Position numbers and translations under genes: made by a program. Shown here one piece after another: positions 1 through 9,180 of a DNA stretch of 64,000 nucleotides. Position 1 is the stretch's first letter. Every line of letters starts with the position of its first letter. Origin of the DNA: Candidatus Nanosyncoccus sp. (lineage in GTDB: Bacteria > Patescibacteriota > Saccharimonadia > Saccharimonadales > Saccharimonadaceae). The notes beneath the pieces were generated by a model. The model saw only the letters and a list, made by a program, of their open reading frames with translations, was not told where the DNA came from and ran no database searches. The DNA is taken from NCBI GenBank assembly GCA_045640685.1, contig JAZUFO010000003.1, positions 79,947 to 143,946 of the forward strand, written 5' to 3'.

Positions 1-218
1 AATGTCACAACATCTTTAACTTTGAGCGAAACAGCAGACAATCCAGCATAGTCATTCAAAGTTCGAGCCATTGCTTCTTCAGGTTGCTCACCAAAAACAA
101 TTTTTCCAGTAGGAAGCTCCCAAAAAACCGGGGCCTCACTACGACCACGGCGTTTTTTGAAGACAAGAACCCCGTCTTCATTTCGAATTATTCCAACTAC
201 GCGAATACGTTGTTTCAT
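1..218 (-). CDS. Nudix-family hydrolase, N-terminal part only (gene runs off the window start)
   Basis: ATG at 216-218 (rc), preceded by a GGTGGGA RBS. Translation is MKQRIRVVGIIRNEDGVLVFKKRRGRSEAPVFWELPTGKIVFGEQPEEAMARTLNDYAGL. It has a Nudix-box-like G-x5-E-x7-R, but the REUxEE core reads RTLNDY (degenerate). Confidence 0.6.
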   Translation of the reverse strand, partial: MKQRIRVVGIIRNEDGVLVFKKRRGRSEAPVFWELPTGKIVFGEQPEEAMARTLNDYAGLSAVSLKVKDVVT

Positions 219-387
219 TTTCCCACCGTTTATTATCCTAAAATCCTGCCGACCTGTTTTTCCCCGTATTAAATACAAGGTGGGTAAAATCTTATGCGAG
301 ACTTCCACGGAAGCTCACCACGAAATCCCTAGAACATGATTATTCAGGAAAAATCATGTTGCCGGCAGGACTACTTTTATTATAACA
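219..387 (-). promoter_or_regulatory. Extended -10 promoter plus ~150-nt structured 5' leader of the Nudix gene (riboswitch-like candidate)
   Basis: Minus-strand TGTTATAAT at 379-387. An 8-bp closing helix (244-251 with 363-370) encloses three hairpins (262-280, 298-316, 333-360). CCCACC in the RNA (rc of 279-284) is complementary to the SD GGUGGG (rc of 222-227). Confidence 0.4.
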
Positions 388-1005
388 CTAACCGCCAGTA
401 ACGCTTACAAAAAATTGGAAAACACCATTCATTCCCCAAAACATATAGTTTGAGAAAAAGTTTCCAGCGAGAAATATAATTGCATACACAATCAAAAGAC
501 CAGTAGTTTCAATCGTATTCAAAAATCCACGCACACCATCTGGGGCAATAGCATACAAAACCCTCGATCCATCAAGTGGCGGAATTGGCAATAAATTAAA
601 AATCATAAAGCTCAAATTAACCGACATGAATTGGAAAGCATATTCAGAAATCCCAAGATCACCAAAACGAAAGACTAAAAATCCAAGAAAAGCCAATATT
701 AAATTCATTAACGGACCAGCCACTGCAACTAACGCCATTCCCCACTCGCGCCATTTTAGATTGCGCGTATCAATTGGAACCGGCTTTGCAGCACCCATCA
801 CAGGCGCATTCATAATATATAGCATCATCGGCAACAAAATAGACATATAAGGATCCAAATGCTTAACAGGATTCAATGTCAAACGACCATCTTCTTTTGC
901 GGTCGTATCACCAAGCCAATATGCCATAACGCCATGGGATAGCTCGTGCAAAATCAACGAGACTAAAACCATCCCAAAAGTAATAATGATGCCCACTATA
1001 TCCAT
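388..1005 (-). CDS. Site-2 protease family (M50) membrane zinc metalloprotease
   Basis: HELSH (HExxH) in TM1 and the NLLPIPPLDG motif; polytopic hydrophobic profile. Confidence 0.85.
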   Translation of the reverse strand: MDIVGIIITFGMVLVSLILHELSHGVMAYWLGDTTAKEDGRLTLNPVKHLDPYMSILLPMMLYIMNAPVMGAAKPVPIDTRNLKWREWGMALVAVAGPLMNLILAFLGFLVFRFGDLGISEYAFQFMSVNLSFMIFNLLPIPPLDGSRVLYAIAPDGVRGFLNTIETTGLLIVYAIIFLAGNFFSNYMFWGMNGVFQFFVSVTGG

Positions 1006-1006
1006 T

Positions 1007-1456
1007 TTAATTTAAGACTACAACTTCTCTTACGGTTGGTAGCGATTCAAGGTTTTTAACTTTGAGTTTCTTCTCAGTACGAGCAGTGATCTTAAGATCT
1101 GTGACCATACCATCAACATTACCCATAGAAACAACAAGTTTTGGTTCAATTTCACGAATTGCACGAACAGATGAAGTACAAAGAATATCAGATACACCAA
1201 GATCATCGAGGCCTTCCTCAATACCGCCAATAATGCCAACATGTACGCCGCCAACTTCTACATCGTAGATAGTTTTGCCACTCTCAGTTGCAATACCACG
1301 GATGGTAGCATCACCAATCTCAAATTCACCAGGACCAGTAATTTTACCAACTTCCAAACCAGCATCAACAACTGCATTTAAAACATTAAAAGTAATTACA
1401 GTCTTTTTTGTTGAAATAGTAATTTCGTCTTGGTTTCGGCTTTCAATATCGAACAT
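1007..1456 (-). CDS. Hypothetical protein (149 aa)
   Basis: Long ORF packed tightly between flanking genes in the same operon. I recognise no catalytic motif. Confidence 0.5.
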   Translation of the reverse strand: MFDIESRNQDEITISTKKTVITFNVLNAVVDAGLEVGKITGPGEFEIGDATIRGIATESGKTIYDVEVGGVHVGIIGGIEEGLDDLGVSDILCTSSVRAIREIEPKLVVSMGNVDGMVTDLKITARTEKKLKVKNLESLPTVREVVVLN

Positions 1457-1466
1457 GGGTTCTCCT

Positions 1467-2069
1467 TTATTTTATTATTCCATCTGGATCGATTATTTCG
1501 GTGATTTCCATCTCTAGAGCATCTAAAACGAAACGATCATGAACACTCTTGCGATAAACAAAATCATCAGCGGAAATAATTGCATAATTAAGAGGTTTGC
1601 CTTGTTTTTTCTCGACAACCTCAGCCCACCTTGTTAGTTTTTTCGTTTTATCATCGCCAATAATTAAAAGATCAAGTCCATCTTGTCCAGGAAGACGATT
1701 CGTCACAACAAGACCCTTGATATAATTTTTTACAGGCCTTATATATTCTTCCCACGTAGATTCTTTAATATCATTATCACGTTTAATGTCAACTTTTTTA
1801 GAAAAAATCTCTGTCATTGCATGATAAAAAGGATGTTTATTGTTCGCAGAATAATAAACTTTATTATCAAAAGTCTCATTTTTAATAACGCCAATACTTT
1901 CTAGGTTCAGAAGTTCGCGGCGGACAGAATTAATTTGTTCTTCAATCACACGAGTCATTTCGCGGACATAAAAAGATTTACCTGGATTTTCAAAGAATAA
2001 TCTCAGTAGTTTAGCACGGGTTTTTGAACCGAATAATTTTTCTACTGGTGTGTTATTTTCCTTGCTCAT
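1467..2069 (-). CDS. Winged-helix (ArsR-like N-terminus) DNA-binding protein
   Basis: N-terminal FGSKTRAKLLRLFFENPGKSFYVREMTRVIEEQINSVRRELLNLESIGVIK resembles a wHTH domain. The C-terminal domain is uncharacterised. Confidence 0.55.
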   Translation of the reverse strand: MSKENNTPVEKLFGSKTRAKLLRLFFENPGKSFYVREMTRVIEEQINSVRRELLNLESIGVIKNETFDNKVYYSANNKHPFYHAMTEIFSKKVDIKRDNDIKESTWEEYIRPVKNYIKGLVVTNRLPGQDGLDLLIIGDDKTKKLTRWAEVVEKKQGKPLNYAIISADDFVYRKSVHDRFVLDALEMEITEIIDPDGIIK

Positions 2070-2823
2070 CTTGTATATATTTTATCACGTATGGATAAAT
2101 TTTTTCAAGTTCAAGCCATAAAATTTCCGGAGTCCGTTTAAACCAAGTAAGCTGACGCTTAGCAAGATGCCAATCGTCGAACACGGAAAGTTCTTTTGCT
2201 TTTTCGATATCAATTTCCTTTTGCAAATATCGCCATACAAACTGATAAATATTACTCTTCATTGCCTGAGATTCCCAACCGTATTTATGAACCAAATTCT
2301 CTGTTTCTGTATACAGATCTGGACAAAACATTTGTTCAATTCTAAGAGTTATCCTTTCACGAAGCTCCTCAGTTGGCCACTTTACTCCAATGAGTAAATA
2401 ATTTGAACATATCTCATTACGATCCGGTGCGCCATTTTTATTTTCTTCGCCAAATTGATAATTATAAACGAGCGAGTCAATATAAAGACCGGTGCCACCC
2501 ACAATCATCGGAACATGACCGCGCCTACGAATCTCTTCAATCTTTTCTTCAGCATATTGCTTCCAATCAGCAACAGTAAAGCGTTCGCCAGGATCAACCA
2601 AGTCAAGACCAAAATGAGGCACACCATCTTGTTCTTCCAAAGATGGCTTTGCTGTACCAATATTCATTTCCCTATAAATCGCACGCGAATCAGCAGAAAT
2701 AATCTCGCCGCCAATTGCCTTAGCGATTTTTACTGAAACACCAGTCTTCCCTGACCCTGTTGGGCCAAGGATGACTATTACTTTTCCTTCGTATCTATTT
2801 GAGGTTTCGGAGGTATTCATCAA
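2053..2823 (-). CDS. miaA: tRNA dimethylallyltransferase
   Basis: P-loop GPTGSGKTG, then ISADSRAIYREMNIGTAKP and the later MiaA-typical TRQLAKRQLTWF-like KRQLTWFKR. Confidence 0.85.
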   Translation of the reverse strand: MMNTSETSNRYEGKVIVILGPTGSGKTGVSVKIAKAIGGEIISADSRAIYREMNIGTAKPSLEEQDGVPHFGLDLVDPGERFTVADWKQYAEEKIEEIRRRGHVPMIVGGTGLYIDSLVYNYQFGEENKNGAPDRNEICSNYLLIGVKWPTEELRERITLRIEQMFCPDLYTETENLVHKYGWESQAMKSNIYQFVWRYLQKEIDIEKAKELSVFDDWHLAKRQLTWFKRTPEILWLELEKIYPYVIKYIQDEQGK

Positions 2824-4561
2824 GCTTCTCCAACTCCACTTTTTCCTCCTTGTCTTTCAAACGCACACTAACAACTCTATCTTCCATGTCTTTTGGACCA
2901 ACAATGAGAAGAGCTGGGATTTTCATTTCAGTTGCACGACGAATCTTCTTACCCAATGATTCATCAGACTCATCAGTCTTAAAGCGAAGCTCGTTATGTT
3001 TCAAAGGATAATCCAAAATGACCTCATTCAAGATTCCTTTTACTTCGTTCACATAATCAGAAACAGTATCATTAACCGTCAAAACACGAACCTGTTCAGG
3101 CGCACACCAGAATGGGAACCAGCCACCAGTGTGTTCGATAAATACAGACATAAATCGTTCGATTGAGCCAAGCGTTGCGTGGTGGACCATAACAGGACGT
3201 TCTTTTTCGCCCTTCTCGTTTGTGAATTCAAGATTAAAGCGTTCTGGCTGAACGAAATCAAGTTGGATTGTTGCAACTTGATGTTCACGGCCAATCGCAT
3301 CCTCTGCCATAAAGTCTAGCTTTGGACCATAGAAAGCAGCTTCACCTTCTTGTTCAAAATAGTCCAAGTTATTTTCAATAGCAAGCTCCTTAATCTGTCT
3401 TTGAGCAGATTCCCAGAGTTTAATGTCGCCAAGATATGAATCTGAATCGTCACGATAAGAAAGACGAACGCGAAGATTTGCCATTCCAACAGTAGTATAG
3501 AGTTCTTTAATAATCAAAACTAGACTTGCAACTTCATCCTTAATTTGTTCAGAACGACAAAATACGTGTGAATCATCTTGAGTCAAAGAACGAACACGGT
3601 TCAAACCACCAAGCTCACCAGTCTTTTCATCACGATAATCCGTTGTACATTCCATATAACGAACAGGTATCTCTTTATACGTACGAGGACGTGAAGCAAA
3701 AATTTGCGCATGATGAGGGCAGTTCATTGGCTTCATCATAAAGCGATCCTTAGAAATTTGACCCTCGACAGCAAAGCCTTCACCAAATTTAGCATAATGA
3801 CCAGATGTTTTATACAAATCAATCTTTGTAATATGCGGTGTCCAAACTTTTTCAAAACCTTTAGCTGCACGAAGACTCAAAGAATAACCACCAAGCGTTT
3901 CACGAAGAACGGTACCACGAGGAGTAAAGAGTGGCAAACCAGCACCAACTAAATCTGAAAAACAGAACAAATCAAGATCACGACCAAGTTTACGGTGGTC
4001 ACGAGCTTTTGCTTCTTCTTGTTTCCTAACATACTCATCCAATTCTTCTTGGGTTGCAAAAGCAATACCATAAATACGTGTAAGCATTTCACGCTTTTCA
4101 TCACCGCGCCAATAAGCACCCGCAACGCGAGTCAATTTAAAGGCACCGATTTCTTTCATAGTTTCAACATGAGGACCCCTACAAAGATCTTCGAACAAAA
4201 CTTTTCCGTTTGGAGTAACCATATCATAGAAAGAAATTGTTTCATCTTCAGGAAGATCGTTGATTAGCTCAACCTTATACTTTTGTCCATTCTTCTCTGC
4301 CCAAGCAAGAGCATCAGCACGAGATTCAACGCGAGAAACCATTTTGCATCCTTGAGCAATAATGCCACGCATCTTCTTCTCAATCTTAGCCAAATCAGCA
4401 TCAGAAACTTTGGTATCGCCAAAATCAATATCATAATAGAAACCATTATCAATGGCAGGGCCAACACCAAATGTTGTAGTAGGATAAAGTTCCTTCACCG
4501 CAGCAGCCATCACATGGCTGAGGGTATGACGCATTTTTTCTAATTCTGCATTTTCCTGCAT
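2795..4561 (-). CDS. thrS: Threonyl-tRNA synthetase (no N-terminal TGS domain)
   Basis: RHTLSHVMAAA editing-domain start, DHRKLG, class II motifs including MNCPHH, and an anticodon-binding C-terminus. Confidence 0.9.
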   Translation of the reverse strand: MQENAELEKMRHTLSHVMAAAVKELYPTTTFGVGPAIDNGFYYDIDFGDTKVSDADLAKIEKKMRGIIAQGCKMVSRVESRADALAWAEKNGQKYKVELINDLPEDETISFYDMVTPNGKVLFEDLCRGPHVETMKEIGAFKLTRVAGAYWRGDEKREMLTRIYGIAFATQEELDEYVRKQEEAKARDHRKLGRDLDLFCFSDLVGAGLPLFTPRGTVLRETLGGYSLSLRAAKGFEKVWTPHITKIDLYKTSGHYAKFGEGFAVEGQISKDRFMMKPMNCPHHAQIFASRPRTYKEIPVRYMECTTDYRDEKTGELGGLNRVRSLTQDDSHVFCRSEQIKDEVASLVLIIKELYTTVGMANLRVRLSYRDDSDSYLGDIKLWESAQRQIKELAIENNLDYFEQEGEAAFYGPKLDFMAEDAIGREHQVATIQLDFVQPERFNLEFTNEKGEKERPVMVHHATLGSIERFMSVFIEHTGGWFPFWCAPEQVRVLTVNDTVSDYVNEVKGILNEVILDYPLKHNELRFKTDESDESLGKKIRRATEMKIPALLIVGPKDMEDRVVSVRLKDKEEKVELEKLDEYLRNLK

Positions 4562-4619
4562 GCTTTATCCTTTCTTTTTAAAATATATAGATATAATTAT
4601 ACCTCAAAATACACATTTA

Positions 4620-4628
4620 TGATATAAT
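4620..4628 (+). promoter_or_regulatory. Extended -10 promoter (TGATATAAT) for tRNA-Val
   Basis: TGATATAAT ends 10 nt before the mature tRNA 5' end. Confidence 0.6.
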
Positions 4629-4637
4629 GAAATCAAT

Positions 4638-4714
4638 GGGGCGTTAGCTCAGTTGGCTAGAGCGTCTCGTTTACACCGAGAAGGTCGGGGGTTCGAGCCC
4701 CTCACGACCCACCA
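4638..4714 (+). tRNA. tRNA-Val (anticodon UAC), CCA encoded
   Basis: Manual cloverleaf: acceptor GGGGCGT/ACGACCC (one G-A mismatch), D arm GCTC..GAGC, anticodon stem TCTCG/CGAGA with loop TTTACAC, T arm GGGGG-TTCGAGC-CCCTC, then ACCA. Confidence 0.85.
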
Positions 4715-4723
4715 TTAAAATTG

Positions 4724-4750
4724 AAGACAACGCCAGTTGTCTTATTTTTG
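4724..4750 (+). terminator. Intrinsic terminator after tRNA-Val
   Basis: 8-bp stem AAGACAAC/GTTGTCTT with loop GCCA, followed by ATTTTTG. Confidence 0.7.
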
Positions 4751-4752
4751 TG

Positions 4753-4930
4753 CGCCAGCACAAAATCAAAAGCGCCAGCTTTTGCAATTTTAATGGAAAG
4801 CCATATGTGATAAAGCCGCAGGCTTTTAGAGCTATGGCTTACCATATTTCAAAACTTATCCGCCAGCACAAAATCAAAAGCGCCAGCTTTTGCAATTTTA
4901 ATGGAAAGCCATAAAGCGATAAAACCGCAG
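4753..4930. repeat. Duplicated 53-bp hairpin-containing intergenic element (two copies, 108-bp period)
   Basis: 4753-4805 and 4861-4913 are identical (CGCCAGCACAAAATCAAAAGCGCCAGCTTTTGCAATTTTAATGGAAAGCCATA). Each copy contains the AAAAGC-GCCA-GCTTTT hairpin. A nested hairpin lies between the copies (4798-4805/4833-4840 and 4812-4826). Confidence 0.8.
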
Positions 4931-4932
4931 AA

Positions 4933-6558
4933 CTATTTCTTTACGACCTTCTTCGTAACGTCAAATTTTTCCATATATTTTCCAAGCATCAATCTTGTCT
5001 GCGCATAGAACGCCGCAATACTCTGATACAGAATCGACGTAATTGGCATCAAGATCCATTGCAAAACCATAAAAATACCTTTTCCCTTTTTATATTTTTC
5101 AGGGCGACGTGGCAACATTCTAAGAGAAACCAAAACAGTAATTAAAAGACCAATTGACGCAATTGTTTGAACGACACTAACCACCGCAGGTAAACTATGA
5201 ACAATCATTGTTCTGGAAGACATATTAATAATCAACGGGATCCAACCGCCAAACGCCACAATCGGCGCCATCATTGCAAGAGTTATATGCCCATCAAAGA
5301 GACGCCAAAACTTTGCAAAAAGTGGCCAAAAAGCCATGCCGCCGCGTTTTTCCTTCGAGAACAAACGCGATCCAACATATGCAATATCACTAGCGCCATA
5401 ATACCATCTTCTAACCTGAACAAACTGCGCCTTAATAGTTTTACCAAGACTTTCATCAAGCACTGCGTCCTGATAAATCGGCACGCGAATAGGCAACACA
5501 GAATAATCCCCTTCAAAGAAGAACAAGCTACGCCAATATTGATGCCCATCCTCAACAATCGTACGCTTGCTCCAATAATTCATTGCCTTGAGCGCTTCAA
5601 GAGGTTGCGAATGAGATGCGAAGTTGCGCAAAGCATGTGGGCGCATTGTCGAAATAACATTGAAGAATGAATTTGAAACAGCAATCACACGCGTTGGTGC
5701 AGGTGCATCCCAAATATTATTCATAAACAACGAAACCGGCTGATAGCTCATTCTCTGACGATTTGGGTGAACAATAAATTCATATGCAACACAATCAAGA
5801 TAACCCTTCGCCATCTTGTTATCACTATCAAGAGACGTAACAATCACGTTTTCAATTGGAATATGTTTCTTCTCAACATATTCACTTAAAATCGCACCAG
5901 CATACGTAAGATTTGGCCCTTTACCAACAACTTCATTCGGTAAATTTGCAGGGTGTTTGGATAGAATAAAATCTTTAAACACGCCATCAAATTCTTTCTT
6001 CAATGTCAAAACATTTTGTTCCATCGCTTCCCCACCCCTCTCCTCATAAGCCATCACAAAAATAATTTTTTCATTCGGGAATGAAGTTTTTTGTACAGCC
6101 TTAATAGATGGACGCAATGTATCAAGCCCCTCATTATACGCAGTCATAATAACCGCATGAACAACTTCATCAGGCTTTGGATAATTTTTCCCATTCAATG
6201 CCAAATTTTTTAAGTTTGCAACGTGAAAATCAAAATTATACTCTTTGCTATCTTTATCGTGCAAGCGTTCAAATGCTTCATGAGGATTTGATAAGTCTTC
6301 CATACGTTTACGCCAATCAACAGATTCAGCATTACGCATTACGTTAAAACCTTGAATTGTCCTAAACGCGACACCAACAGCCTTCACGAGAGTTGAAGCA
6401 ATCACGATAAATAAATATGCCGCACCCAAAATTGGATCAATAATAGAGAGAACAAAAAGCAAAATGATAGCAGTATATGAAACAACGCCCGGAATTATCT
6501 CGAGAAAACGATAAAATTTCTCGCGCTTCCCTTGTGGCAGTTCAATATTCCTTCTCAT
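4933..6558 (-). CDS. Membrane-embedded family 2 glycosyltransferase, processive type (cellulose/PNAG-synthase-like)
   Basis: N- and C-terminal TM segments; GT2 core with TAYNE, SLDSDN and the QxxRW motif (QVRRW). Confidence 0.7.
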   Translation of the reverse strand: MRRNIELPQGKREKFYRFLEIIPGVVSYTAIILLFVLSIIDPILGAAYLFIVIASTLVKAVGVAFRTIQGFNVMRNAESVDWRKRMEDLSNPHEAFERLHDKDSKEYNFDFHVANLKNLALNGKNYPKPDEVVHAVIMTAYNEGLDTLRPSIKAVQKTSFPNEKIIFVMAYEERGGEAMEQNVLTLKKEFDGVFKDFILSKHPANLPNEVVGKGPNLTYAGAILSEYVEKKHIPIENVIVTSLDSDNKMAKGYLDCVAYEFIVHPNRQRMSYQPVSLFMNNIWDAPAPTRVIAVSNSFFNVISTMRPHALRNFASHSQPLEALKAMNYWSKRTIVEDGHQYWRSLFFFEGDYSVLPIRVPIYQDAVLDESLGKTIKAQFVQVRRWYYGASDIAYVGSRLFSKEKRGGMAFWPLFAKFWRLFDGHITLAMMAPIVAFGGWIPLIINMSSRTMIVHSLPAVVSVVQTIASIGLLITVLVSLRMLPRRPEKYKKGKGIFMVLQWILMPITSILYQSIAAFYAQTRLMLGKYMEKFDVTKKVVKK

Positions 6559-6561
6559 TTT

Positions 6562-6924
6562 CTAAACCTCACTTGAAAGTCTAACTAAAACTAGTAATGC
6601 ACTAAAAATTAACATTATAGTTGTAGCCAAGAAAAACTTTGTCATTCCGACGCCACGTTTCCCATAAATACGAATCGCCAATAAATTATGTAAAATTCCA
6701 AAAATGAAAGCAAGAACAGGAAAAGTTAGTAAACCATTCCAAGCTCCATCACGATATCCACCAATATCGCCATACCCAATCTTAACAATTGCACTCGTCG
6801 TATTTAATCTTGTGCATGAAAAGATGAAAAATACCAACGAAAAGATAAAAACTAATATCATCATAATAAGGATACCTCTATCCTCACGATAAATATCAAC
6901 AATGTTTTTCTTAAGCTCTTTCAT
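6562..6924 (-). CDS. Small integral membrane protein (120 aa)
   Basis: Four hydrophobic segments; lies 3 bp upstream of the GT2 gene. Confidence 0.5.
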   Translation of the reverse strand: MKELKKNIVDIYREDRGILIMMILVFIFSLVFFIFSCTRLNTTSAIVKIGYGDIGGYRDGAWNGLLTFPVLAFIFGILHNLLAIRIYGKRGVGMTKFFLATTIMLIFSALLVLVRLSSEV

Positions 6925-6932
6925 ACAATAAT

Positions 6933-7541
6933 TTATTTTTCAGAACCGTTAATATGTGAAGAAATTTTCTCAAAATTTTGCATAAACATAATGTCAGAGA
7001 AGATACTAATCAAACCACTAATAACCATCAACCAACCAATCAATGCAAATACAGCACCACTAGTAAACACTACAAAAATACCGAGAACCAACATAACAAT
7101 TGACATTAAAAGCATATAACGCCAAGAAGCAACGCCAATCGAATTCATTTTAATAGCATTATTCATGCGAACAAGACCTTCATAAATAATCCAAACACCC
7201 ATAATGACACGGAAGACATTCTCAATATCAGAGCCCATCACAAAGATGACGACGCCAAGCAAGAGAGTAATAATTCCCCACAAAAGGTCATTATTAAAAA
7301 AGTTATTTTGACCTTTTACAATTAAATAATTAATAATTTGATAAAGACCTTTAATAACCAAGAATGATCCTGCCGCATAAGCGATAACGCGAACAATCGT
7401 ACCAGAAAGTGCAATCAACAAAATACCAAGAATGATTGTGATTACAGATTCAAATACAGAAGTCCACGCAGTTTTCTTAAGATTCGCTGGACCTTTCTTA
7501 ATAGTTGTTTTCTTTATGATTTCCACCTTTTCGTTCATCAA
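6933..7541 (-). CDS. Integral membrane protein (possibly DUF308/HdeD-like repeats)
   Basis: Six predicted TM helices. AAAGGAG RBS upstream of the ATG. Confidence 0.5.
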   Translation of the reverse strand: MMNEKVEIIKKTTIKKGPANLKKTAWTSVFESVITIILGILLIALSGTIVRVIAYAAGSFLVIKGLYQIINYLIVKGQNNFFNNDLLWGIITLLLGVVIFVMGSDIENVFRVIMGVWIIYEGLVRMNNAIKMNSIGVASWRYMLLMSIVMLVLGIFVVFTSGAVFALIGWLMVISGLISIFSDIMFMQNFEKISSHINGSEK

Positions 7542-7580
7542 AAACTCCTTTTAACCATTATACAACACTCTTTAAAAATG

Positions 7581-7589
7581 TGCTATAAT
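7581..7589 (+). promoter_or_regulatory. Extended -10 promoter (TGCTATAAT) for tRNA-Thr
   Basis: TGCTATAAT ends 11 nt before the tRNA 5' end. Confidence 0.6.
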
Positions 7590-7599
7590 GGCACCAGGT

Positions 7600-7675
7600 G
7601 CCGATGTAGCTCAGTTGGTAGAGCAGCTCATTCGTAACGAGCAGGTCACAGGTTCAAGCCCTGCCATCGGCTCCA
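7600..7675 (+). tRNA. tRNA-Thr (anticodon CGU), CCA encoded
   Basis: Acceptor GCCGATG/CATCGGC, D arm GCTC-AGTTGGTA-GAGC, anticodon loop TTCGTAA, T loop TTCAAGC. Close to the E. coli tRNA-Thr(CGU) layout as I remember it. Confidence 0.85.
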
Positions 7676-7689
7676 TTTTTTATTGCAAA

Positions 7690-9165
7690 TTATTTTTTAC
7701 GATGACGTTTTTCTGGAATCGCATCAATGCTCTTACCATCCTGATTTAGGCGATGAGCAAGTTTTTGTCTAGCATGTGATGTAAAAATTTTACTAAACCA
7801 AGAACTCTTAGGTGTCTGATTTTTAGAGGTCAGAATCTCAACAATATCACCCTGTTCTAATTTTTTATTCAGGTTTGACATTTTTCCGTTAATCTTCACG
7901 CCAACTACGTGATCACCAATTTCAGAATGTAAACGATATGCAAAATCGAGTGGCATCGAACCCTTCGGCAAATCAACGATGTCGCCTTTCGGAGTATAAA
8001 CAAAAATTTTATCCGCAAACAAATTAAGTTTTAGCTTATCAAGATTAATCTTCTTTCCCTCTTTTAGTTGGGCTGCCGCAGTCTGAAGTTCCGTAATCCA
8101 TAAAAGATTAGTTGGCAAATGTTGAATCTTACCTGCCTTATAGTTCTCTGTTAGTTTTTGCTCATTATAATAAAAACTTGCCGCAAGACCATGTTCAGCA
8201 TATTCGTGCATTTCTTTTGTACGAATTTGGAATTCAACAATACGTTTATCAGAAGTAATTACGGTCGTATGAATTGACTGATAACCGTTTTGCTTTGGCA
8301 TCGCAATATAATCCTTAATCCTACCATCCATTGGCATATAAAGAGAATGAATCAACCCTAGGACCAAATAACAATCCGTTATATCCTCAACAATAATACG
8401 AAGCGCAATCAAATCATAAATCTCGTTTATGTTCTGATCATGTTTTGCCATCTTCTTATGTAACGAATAGATAGATTTAACACGCCCAGACAATTCAAAT
8501 TTGATCTTCTCTTTCTTCATTGCCAAAGAAATTTCTTCTTCGATTTTCTTAAGACTATTTCTCGCCGAACGATTATGTTTATCAAGCAATTCTTTGAGCT
8601 CGTCATAACGTCGAGGGTCAACATATTTAAACGACAAATCAGCCAGCTCAACACGAAGCAAACCCATATTCAAACGGTCTGCAAGAGGAGCAAAAACTTC
8701 CAAAGTTTCTTTTGCAATCTTTTTCTGTTTCTCAGGCGGCAAAGCTGACAAAGTCCTTAAATTATGTAGCCTATCAGCCAATTTAATAATCAGGACACGA
8801 ATATCTGCGCCAAGCGCAATCATTAAACGCAAAAAATTATCTTTTGTTTCAGGCAAATACGTATCAATATCGCGCATGCCATTACGCGCAGTGGAAAGTT
8901 TAGTAACCCCATCCACCAAAAAGGCTACAGATTCACCAAACTCTTTACGAACATCATCAAGTGTAAGCTCCGTATCTTCAACGGTATCATGAAGGATGCC
9001 AGCAATAATCGTATCCTCATCCATATGCCATTCTTCAAGAATTTTCTTAACAGCCATAGGATGTACGATATATTTTTCCCCAGTCCTGCGAAATTGGCCT
9101 TCGTGAGCCTTTTTAGCAATTTCAACAGCTCGAGAAATTCTCTCTGGATCATGCTTCTTATCCAT
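7690..9165 (-). CDS. rel: Bifunctional (p)ppGpp synthetase/hydrolase, Rel/SpoT homologue (HD + synthetase + TGS, no ACT domain)
   Basis: HDTVEDT hydrolase motif. Synthetase motifs RVKSIYSLHKKM, GYQSIHTTV and EFQIRTKEMH. TGS-like IFVYTPKGDIVDLPKGSMPLDFAY. Confidence 0.9.
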   Translation of the reverse strand: MDKKHDPERISRAVEIAKKAHEGQFRRTGEKYIVHPMAVKKILEEWHMDEDTIIAGILHDTVEDTELTLDDVRKEFGESVAFLVDGVTKLSTARNGMRDIDTYLPETKDNFLRLMIALGADIRVLIIKLADRLHNLRTLSALPPEKQKKIAKETLEVFAPLADRLNMGLLRVELADLSFKYVDPRRYDELKELLDKHNRSARNSLKKIEEEISLAMKKEKIKFELSGRVKSIYSLHKKMAKHDQNINEIYDLIALRIIVEDITDCYLVLGLIHSLYMPMDGRIKDYIAMPKQNGYQSIHTTVITSDKRIVEFQIRTKEMHEYAEHGLAASFYYNEQKLTENYKAGKIQHLPTNLLWITELQTAAAQLKEGKKINLDKLKLNLFADKIFVYTPKGDIVDLPKGSMPLDFAYRLHSEIGDHVVGVKINGKMSNLNKKLEQGDIVEILTSKNQTPKSSWFSKIFTSHARQKLAHRLNQDGKSIDAIPEKRHRKK

Positions 9166-9180
9166 AAGAAAATTATAGCA

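Noticed and set aside
4753-4913. CRISPR array
   Set aside because: There are only two 53-bp copies, a 55-bp structured spacer and no cas genes. The repeat length and architecture do not fit CRISPR.
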